DNA of 64,000 nucleotides from a bacterium (GTDB lineage Bacteria; Patescibacteriota; Minisyncoccia; UBA6257; JAUSGH01): NCBI GenBank assembly GCA_030649055.1, contig JAUSGH010000003.1, positions 354 to 64,353 of the forward strand, read 5' to 3'. Shown piece by piece: positions 57,488 to 64,000 of this stretch (position 1 is its first letter; each line of letters starts with the position of its first letter). The notes under the pieces were generated by a model. It saw only the letters and a program-made list of their open reading frames with translations, ran no database searches and was not told where the DNA came from. The position numbers and the translations under genes were made by a program.

Positions 57488-59995
57488 CTACACTGGCGCG
57501 TGAAATGTAAACTCCCCGTCCTTCGCGTCAACCGTGACCGTTTGCCCTCTCACGATTTCTTTCCGAAGAATTTTTTCGGCAAACACACTGCGCAATTTGT
57601 TGGAGATGACGCCACGCAATGGACGCGCGCCGAACACCGGATCATAGCCCTGCCGCGCGATTTCCGAAACCGCCGCATCAGTAAACCGCACATCAATCGC
57701 TTGCGCTTCTTTGATGGTTGCGACGAGATCCGCAAGATTAAAAGCTGCAATTTTCTTAATATCATCCGGCGACAGCGTCTTAAACACAATAATACCAGAA
57801 AATCTGTTTAAAAGCTCCGGACGGAAGTAGTCGGTGAGTTTTTTCTTGAGCTCCACGGTGATATCGTTAATATGTTGTCCCGCCTCCAGCGATGTTTTAA
57901 TAAACTCCGAATGCGCATTAGAGGTTGCGATGATGATGGTATTCTGGAAATCCACGGTGCGGCTCAAATTGTCGGTCAAGCGGCCATCGTCAAACACCTG
58001 CAAAAACAAATTCAAAATGTCCGGATGCGCCTTCTCAAACTCATCGAGCAGCACCAAGCTGAACGGCTTTTGCAAAATCGCGTCGGTTAATGCCCCTGAA
58101 ACCGCGCCGTCAGGAGATCCGATAAACCGAAAGAAACTCTGTTTGTCCTGATACTCCGTCATATCAAAGCGCACCATTGCCTCAGATGAGCCGAATTGGA
58201 TTTTTGTGAGGATCTTTGACAACTCGGTTTTACCGACACCGGTCGGTCCCACAAAAAGGAATGTGGCGATGGGACCGCCTTTACGCGACAAGCCGCTGCG
58301 GTATTCGCGAAGCGCGCGCGACACCGCCGTCACGGCCTCCTCCTGATCCACAAGTTTTTTATGAATGAGCTCCTCAAGATTCAACAACTGCTCCGACTCT
58401 TTTTCACCCGCGGCATGAAGCGGCACGTTAATCTTCCGCTCGGCAACCGCAACGACATCCTCGGCGTTCACAAGTTTGTCCCCGCGTTGTGATGCATCCG
58501 CAATCGCCTCTTTGAGCAGCCCTTCGGCGCTTGATGGCAGCGGTCGCTGGCGCAGATAGCGGTGCGCGACGCTGACCGCTTTTTTGATCGCGCCAAAGCT
58601 GATGACCGCGCGATACTGCCGCTCAAAAAGAATGGATTGGTACGCCAAAATTTTTGTCGCGTCGTCTTCGCTGATTTCCGCGACGCGGACATGTTCAAAT
58701 GATGATGAAAATCCGCTTTGCGGTTCAATGTATTGCTTAAACTCTTTGGGATATGTCACTCCGATTGCCGAAAATGCGTCGCCTTGAATTGCGGGAATAA
58801 GAATGTCGGCGATATTCATGCCTTCGGCGCCGGACGTTTTCACGAGGTTGTGAATGTCTTCAATGAGCAACACCACGTTTCCCGCCCGTATGACCTCATC
58901 AATAATCCTCTGCACCCGCGCGCGGAGCGTTGCGGGATCGGCGCCCGCAGTGAGCCGCCCGATGTCCAGCGACACCAGCCGCTTGTCAAAAAGCGGTGCC
59001 GGCACGCGGTCTTTTGCCATTTCAAACGCCAGATGCGCAATCATAGTGGACTTCCCAACGCCCGGCTCGCCAATTAAGAGCACGTTCGAATGCGTCGGGC
59101 GCGAGAGCACGTCCACCATTTGCTCATATTCATTCTTGTGGCCAACGAGAAACCCTACCTGCTCCAAACGCGCGAGGTCGGTTAAATCTTCGCTGTAGCT
59201 ATCAAGCATCGGCGTTGGCCTGGCAGTCCAGGCGCGATTCATCACGCGATGCCGCACATTGTATGGCCCGTGCGCGAGGCCGGTTAAGGTCGCTGGCATG
59301 CGACGCAAACGGGCAAACGCGCGGTGGAACCGGCTGAAAATCGCCGCGTGTTCAAAGTCAGCTGGCGCGACATTGAAAAGGTCAAGCAGATTTTTAAGCT
59401 CGGTGTCGGGAATGGCGCCTAATGCCGCGAAAAGATCTCTCGGAGTAACGTCAAAGCTTTCGTTCCGGAGCGCCACAATAAACGCCTCTCGCGCGAGCGC
59501 CTCCAATTGAAGCGCTGCCGTCTCCTCACGAACCGCCAGAGATTTTTTCTTTATCCACTCGTCAACTTTTGCGGCAAGCTCGTCCGCGGAAATATCCATA
59601 CGCGAAACTGCCGCGCGGATATCCTTCCGCAACAGCAATTGCTGAAACATGAGCAAATAAAAATGCCCGGAAAAAACGCTGACTCGTCGCAGGGCGGATT
59701 CCAAAACACCGAACGACGCCGGGGCGATATAGTCCGCAATATTTACGCGTCCTTTAGGGATGCGGATAAATTGCCGCTCAGCCTGTCCGTAATGGAGCAG
59801 TCGGTCGGCGAAGAAAAGCGCCGCAAGGTAACCGAGACCATTCAAGCGCGGCACATCCGAGAGCAACAACGCAATCGTTCCGGCAACGCCGATGCCATAC
59901 GCGGAGAAGGAAATAAACCGGACCAAAAACCTGCCGGCTTCGCCCATCGCAAGTCGCGGATCGGAAAAATAAAACCGCTGTGTCGTGTTATCCAT
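57488..59995 (-). CDS. Clp/Hsp100 AAA+ ATPase (ClpC-like) with an atypical N-terminal region containing a predicted TM helix
   Basis: Two Walker A motifs (GEPGVGKS and GPTGVGKT). Confidence 0.82.
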   Translation of the reverse strand: MDNTTQRFYFSDPRLAMGEAGRFLVRFISFSAYGIGVAGTIALLLSDVPRLNGLGYLAALFFADRLLHYGQAERQFIRIPKGRVNIADYIAPASFGVLESALRRVSVFSGHFYLLMFQQLLLRKDIRAAVSRMDISADELAAKVDEWIKKKSLAVREETAALQLEALAREAFIVALRNESFDVTPRDLFAALGAIPDTELKNLLDLFNVAPADFEHAAIFSRFHRAFARLRRMPATLTGLAHGPYNVRHRVMNRAWTARPTPMLDSYSEDLTDLARLEQVGFLVGHKNEYEQMVDVLSRPTHSNVLLIGEPGVGKSTMIAHLAFEMAKDRVPAPLFDKRLVSLDIGRLTAGADPATLRARVQRIIDEVIRAGNVVLLIEDIHNLVKTSGAEGMNIADILIPAIQGDAFSAIGVTYPKEFKQYIEPQSGFSSSFEHVRVAEISEDDATKILAYQSILFERQYRAVISFGAIKKAVSVAHRYLRQRPLPSSAEGLLKEAIADASQRGDKLVNAEDVVAVAERKINVPLHAAGEKESEQLLNLEELIHKKLVDQEEAVTAVSRALREYRSGLSRKGGPIATFLFVGPTGVGKTELSKILTKIQFGSSEAMVRFDMTEYQDKQSFFRFIGSPDGAVSGALTDAILQKPFSLVLLDEFEKAHPDILNLFLQVFDDGRLTDNLSRTVDFQNTIIIATSNAHSEFIKTSLEAGQHINDITVELKKKLTDYFRPELLNRFSGIIVFKTLSPDDIKKIAAFNLADLVATIKEAQAIDVRFTDAAVSEIARQGYDPVFGARPLRGVISNKLRSVFAEKILRKEIVRGQTVTVDAKDGEFTFHAPV

Positions 59996-60332
59996 ATATC
60001 ATAAGACGCAAAAAATAAAGCGGAATTGCCGCCCACGCGAGATATGCCGCGGCCCCTACCGCAATCACCGCGCCATACGCAATAAATCCGACGCCGGTCC
60101 GCACCGCGCGCACGGGAATGCCGATCATGTAGCCGATAAACGAGTAGTCGCGGTACAACGGCTGGAAAAAGTAGCGCAGCGTAATACGCAACGCAAGCGT
60201 TTGATCAAGATATTCCAAGATATTCAAAAATTTTCCGCCGATGGCAAAATAACCCCCGACATACCAGTTGACGAGAAACCGCCAGATACGATAAAAAAAC
60301 CGTCGCACAAGATAGATAACCGCCTGAACCAT
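59988..60332 (-). CDS. hypothetical membrane protein
   Basis: ORF with TM helices; start uncertain. Confidence 0.4.
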   Translation of the reverse strand: MVQAVIYLVRRFFYRIWRFLVNWYVGGYFAIGGKFLNILEYLDQTLALRITLRYFFQPLYRDYSFIGYMIGIPVRAVRTGVGFIAYGAVIAVGAAAYLAWAAIPLYFLRLMIYG

Positions 60333-60442
60333 ACTTTCAGTATAGACGAGGCATGAACGGTGAGCCACTGGCACGCGCAACTTGCGTGATTGGACAATAT
60401 TGATTATGCTATGGATAGTTTTCGGTCGCCCAACAAAAGGAG

Positions 60443-60697
60443 ATGAACATGGGCTGCCACGATGGGACGCAAACTAGCGAAGAACTCGAGTACGACACGC
60501 TCACGGATCAGCTCCGGAAACTCACGAAGATGTGCAAGGGGGTGTCGCTCAAGGAGTTCACCGCCGGGGACACCGAGATGCTAATCTACTGCTACGGTGG
60601 GGGGGAGCACAACATCCATCATCGGCCGTCGAACGCGACGCTCCGTGAGTGGATTCGCTGTTTGAAGCTGATAGCATACGGCGACGGCACCGACTAG
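60443..60697 (+). CDS. hypothetical protein (84 aa)
   Basis: aaaaggagatgaacATG; GC hairpin plus T-run terminator at 60710..60750. Confidence 0.55.
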   Translation: MNMGCHDGTQTSEELEYDTLTDQLRKLTKMCKGVSLKEFTAGDTEMLIYCYGGGEHNIHHRPSNATLREWIRCLKLIAYGDGTD

Positions 60698-60788
60698 CAA
60701 GCACGAAGCGCCCGGCACTCACGCGAGTGACGGGCGCTCTCATTTTTAAAATAATGCCTACCCCCGCCCTTTTTCCCATACAAAATGT

Positions 60789-60818
60789 TGACGTTTCTGG
60801 TGCATAAGCTATAAAAAC
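60789..60818 (+). promoter_or_regulatory. TTGACG-N17-TATAAA promoter-like element embedded in a 14-bp perfect inverted repeat
   Basis: aaatgttgacgttt ... aaacgtcaacattt seen directly. Confidence 0.35.
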
Positions 60819-60857
60819 GTCAACATTTGGACATAGACGAAAAAGTGCTTGGGGTTG

Positions 60858-62228
60858 TCACCCGTGCCGTTTGCGATCCTTAACGTTGAACATCTTGACG
60901 ACACCGTATTCACCGTCATAACCCGGAGTGATGGAAACTTTGCCGGCGCGCATACGTTCAATGCCTTCGGCAATTTCCGGCCGCGTCGCGGCGGCGATCT
61001 GCGTGGGCGACGCATCTAAACTCACAACCAATTCTGACCCAAGCGCAATGATAAGTTTTTGATATTCCTTCTGTACGGCTTTACTCTTTGGACCAACATT
61101 CAGCGCTTCGCCGATGACTTCATCCAGCGGCACCGCGCTCCAATATGGCGGACGGCGTGCGTCGCGATACCCATCCTTTCGGTCGGCAAGCCCCGCAACG
61201 CGATGCAAAACCCCGACCGTTACTTTCTGCCCGCATTTCGTACAGATTCCCTTATGTTTTTTTGTTTGCTCTGGAGTCCAAGCAATGCCGCATAACCGAT
61301 GCCCATCGTAGTGGTAACGTCCCTCTTCCGGAAAAAATTCAATGGTGCCGAGAAACTTACCCCCTATGTCATTCTGAGCGGAGCGAAGAATCTCCCGACG
61401 CGCGCGAGATCCTTCTCCGCCCGCTGGCGGATCAGGATGACGGGGCGCTGACGGGATTCCGTTTTTAATTGCTCCTATAATACCGCCGTATGACAACGCA
61501 CAATCAAACACATTCGCCTCGCGCCCGATGCGCTGTAAGCTGTGCGAATCGGAGTTGGAGATCAAGGCAACGTTATCCAAAGAAGACAATCTCCAGTTCA
61601 TCGGCGGGTCGGACGACAACCCTGTTTCAACGGCAAAAATATGCTTTGCGTAGTCGCCAAAACATTCGTCCAATGAATCAAACCCCGACATGGAGCCGAA
61701 CACGGAAAACCACGGGGTCCAGATATGCGCGGGCACAAGTACTGCGCCGTTATGCCCTGAGCCCGTCGAAGGGCTACATTCAAGCACAATTTTTAATAAG
61801 TCCTCGGAATCAATGCCGATTATCGGACGTCCGTCGGATTTCAGATTACCGATGCGCCCCAGCACGGTATTTATTTTTTCAACCGTGGCAAAGTCCGGAG
61901 CGAAAATGAGGTGGTGCACCCGCCGCGTCCTGCCGGCGCGCGAGTAAATACACGAAATTTCAGCGGTGAACAGGAATCGCGTCGCGGTCGCCAGCGTCCC
62001 CTTCAGCGTCTTTTGTTTGAATTGTTTTTTTAACGCAAAAAGTCCCGGCTCCGCTGGCTCAAGTTTCTGCTTCAACTCTTTAAGCCACAACGGATGCGTA
62101 AAATCCCCCGTCCCCATGACCGTGATGCCCTTGTCGTCCGCCCATGCGTCAAGCGTTTCAGGAAGCATCATCGACGACACCGCGCGGGAATACTTGGAGT
62201 GAATGTGTAAATCGGCAACGATGCGCAT
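60858..62228 (-). CDS. PHP-domain protein, EndoQ-like, with a zinc finger
   Basis: N-terminal MRIVADLHIHSKYS PHP motif; CTKCGQK zinc finger; hosts two repeat-derived in-frame inserts. Confidence 0.75.
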   Translation of the reverse strand: MRIVADLHIHSKYSRAVSSMMLPETLDAWADDKGITVMGTGDFTHPLWLKELKQKLEPAEPGLFALKKQFKQKTLKGTLATATRFLFTAEISCIYSRAGRTRRVHHLIFAPDFATVEKINTVLGRIGNLKSDGRPIIGIDSEDLLKIVLECSPSTGSGHNGAVLVPAHIWTPWFSVFGSMSGFDSLDECFGDYAKHIFAVETGLSSDPPMNWRLSSLDNVALISNSDSHSLQRIGREANVFDCALSYGGIIGAIKNGIPSAPRHPDPPAGGEGSRARREILRSAQNDIGGKFLGTIEFFPEEGRYHYDGHRLCGIAWTPEQTKKHKGICTKCGQKVTVGVLHRVAGLADRKDGYRDARRPPYWSAVPLDEVIGEALNVGPKSKAVQKEYQKLIIALGSELVVSLDASPTQIAAATRPEIAEGIERMRAGKVSITPGYDGEYGVVKMFNVKDRKRHG

Positions 62229-62293
62229 GTGTTTATGCTACAACCTATCTCTAAAATGGGAAGAGGCGGTCGCTATTGGCGACCGCCTCTTTA

Positions 62294-62503
62294 TCACTGC
62301 CGCGGCAACGGCTCGCCGCACAAACAGCATTCGTTATGCTGCGCGGCACAGTCCGGGCACCACGAAACCGAGAAGTTCGGGTAGTGGATCTGTAGGAAGT
62401 GCTGACAGCGCGCCGCGAGACGCCGTACGGGCTTGTCGATTCTCGTCGCTTCATCGGCGCGCTTATGGCACGAGGGGCACACAACATCCTTCGGCTCGCT
62501 CAT
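62294..62503 (-). CDS. small Cys-rich zinc-ribbon-like protein
   Basis: gggagg SD 7 nt upstream; CPSC...CPDC...CCLC. Confidence 0.45.
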   Translation of the reverse strand: MSEPKDVVCPSCHKRADEATRIDKPVRRLAARCQHFLQIHYPNFSVSWCPDCAAQHNECCLCGEPLPRQ

Positions 62504-62514
62504 AACTCGCCTCC

Positions 62515-62748
62515 CTAGTTCCGCTCGGCGACGTCGCCGATATCACACGGACGGACCTTCCTAGGATGCGGGCATGGAATCTTGCGAAGTTCGCCTTTTG
62601 TCCCGACCGCGGGGCATGCACGACAACGGTACTGCGACTGCCCATCGGGATGCTCTCGCACACAGCGCACCTCATCGTGCGTGCCGATGCCGATGCCTTT
62701 CTTCGCTCGCCGCCTCGGACGCGACAAGCCCTTCTTTCTCTTTTTCAC
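62515..62748 (-). CDS. small basic Cys-rich protein
   Basis: GTG start with a ggaggg SD; RCRACP...CPHP. Confidence 0.4.
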   Translation of the reverse strand: MKKRKKGLSRPRRRAKKGIGIGTHDEVRCVREHPDGQSQYRCRACPAVGTKGELRKIPCPHPRKVRPCDIGDVAERN

Positions 62749-62867
62749 TACAGACCCTCCGAAAGGAAGAAATCGTAGAGGGAGTTTCTACCAGAAGTAT
62801 GCAAAATTAGGAGAAAAAACACAAGAGAATACCCCCGATCGCTTCAAGCGTTCGGGGGTATCGGAAC

Positions 62868-64000
62868 TTACGCGTAGATTGTGCGGCTCTGTCCCCGCAC
62901 AAAATTCAGGAGGTAGTTCGGGCCGCACACGCCGAACTGAGACACGATGCCGGAATTTTTCCATCCGGCAAAAGGCTGTTCGCCGGGCCAGGCGCCGGTC
63001 GTAGCACCCGCCTCGCGGTTCACATAGAGCACGCCCGCATCTATGTTTTCCAGGAAGTGCGCCACTTCCCCACTATCGAAACTGAAAAGCCCTGCGGTAA
63101 GTCCGTACTCGGTGGAGTTTGCGATTTCCACCGCTTCGCGAATGCCTCTCGCATACGTCCGAACACACAGCACCGGCATGAACAGTTCCTCGTAGTGGAG
63201 CCGATGATTTGCAGGCAAACCGGAAACGATGACCGGCTCGGCAAAGTAACCGCCCGGCGCATGTGACTTTTTCCGGATTACCGGGACAATCACGTCCGCG
63301 CCGCTCTTCATGAGCTCATCACGAACACCGAGGTAACGCCCGTACGCCCTCTCATTGATGAGCGGCCCAAGTGTCACGTCATGTTCGCGCGGATCACCCA
63401 TCACGAACTCCTCCTCGGCCGCTTTGACCACCGAGGCAATTGTTTTTTCCTTCAGCGACTCGTGGACGATGAGTACCGAGCATGCGCTGCATTTCTGCCC
63501 GGAGTAGCTGAACGCCGAACGCGCGACGCCGCGCCCCATCGCCTCGAGAGATGAGGCGCTCGGTGTCACGATACAGCTGTTTTTCCCGCCAAGCTCTGCG
63601 ACAATCTTCGGCGCAGGCTCAGAATGATCAAGTGCCCACTTCAGATGGGAACCGACCTTTTTTGATCCGGTAAACGCAAGCCCGGAAATGTATCCCCGAC
63701 TCTCACGCATGCCGCATTCAAAGTCACGATCGGACGCAATCACGCAGGCAAACACGTCCCGGCCGAGAGATACGTTGTTCATATGCTCACACGCGTCAAT
63801 AAACGCCTGATGCAAGCGCGTTCCCGTGAGCGGCGCATCCAGCGAAGGCTTGAACACCACCGCATTGCCCGTGAGAAGCGCTCCGGTGCACATGCCAACC
63901 GAGAGTGCCATCGGGAAGTTGAACGGCGCGATGACGGCAAACACACCCATCGGGCGCATCACCATCGTATTTGCCTTCGCTCCCACGCTCGTTTTGAGCG
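62868..64000 (-). CDS. aldehyde dehydrogenase family protein (C-terminal part; N-terminus lies beyond the window end)
   Basis: GQKCSACS catalytic Cys motif, ELGGKN, and FAGWKNSG near the C-terminus. Confidence 0.85.
   Translation of the reverse strand, partial: LKTSVGAKANTMVMRPMGVFAVIAPFNFPMALSVGMCTGALLTGNAVVFKPSLDAPLTGTRLHQAFIDACEHMNNVSLGRDVFACVIASDRDFECGMRESRGYISGLAFTGSKKVGSHLKWALDHSEPAPKIVAELGGKNSCIVTPSASSLEAMGRGVARSAFSYSGQKCSACSVLIVHESLKEKTIASVVKAAEEEFVMGDPREHDVTLGPLINERAYGRYLGVRDELMKSGADVIVPVIRKKSHAPGGYFAEPVIVSGLPANHRLHYEELFMPVLCVRTYARGIREAVEIANSTEYGLTAGLFSFDSGEVAHFLENIDAGVLYVNREAGATTGAWPGEQPFAGWKNSGIVSQFGVCGPNYLLNFVRGQSRTIYA

Overview
This is a dense bacterial chromosomal segment with about 80 genes. 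The housekeeping backbone includes tyrS, clpP-tig, an H+-pyrophosphatase, nusA, tpiA, the mrdA-mreDCB rod complex, proS, rseP, frr, holB, a second mreB paralog, murA, rnj, trpS, ileS, argS, smpB-ssrA, infC-rpmI-rplT, a Pol X/PHP polymerase, a ClpC-like ATPase and an EndoQ-like PHP protein. Higher-GC accessory blocks with strong Shine-Dalgarno sites and a shared terminator style are interspersed with it. Two tRNAs were found, Gly-GCC and Leu-CAG, plus the tmRNA gene downstream of smpB, carrying a readable ANRNVALAYA tag and a G3-U70 pair. Each of these RNA genes is followed by a direct repeat of its own 3' end, which looks like an integration scar. The most unusual content is repeat biology. 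A 54-nt hairpin-forming element is inserted in frame into both ileS and argS just before the HIGH region, and shorter copies sit in several other ORFs and intergenic sites. An 8-bp tandem repeat family (TTGCTTTN) lies in frame in ileS, argS and polX, and in inverted orientation around a four-helix-bundle gene and murA. IleRS also carries an apparently intact histidine-phosphatase (RHG/SHG) domain inserted in its catalytic core. Other notable features: four tandem HExxH gluzincin-like lipoprotein paralogs, five tandem BamE-like secreted paralogs each with its own promoter and terminator, two nucleotidyltransferase paralogs (one with an intact GS...DxD motif, one degenerate) each next to a RelE/ParE toxin-antitoxin pair, a regulator gene bracketed by identical 42-bp perfect palindromes, and two large structured non-coding regions (17.19-17.69 kb nested inverted repeats; 35.9-36.3 kb RNA-like element closed by a 10-bp helix and a terminator). 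No CRISPR array or cas genes are present. All functional calls are based on motif recognition by eye and would need an HMM or BLAST search to confirm.
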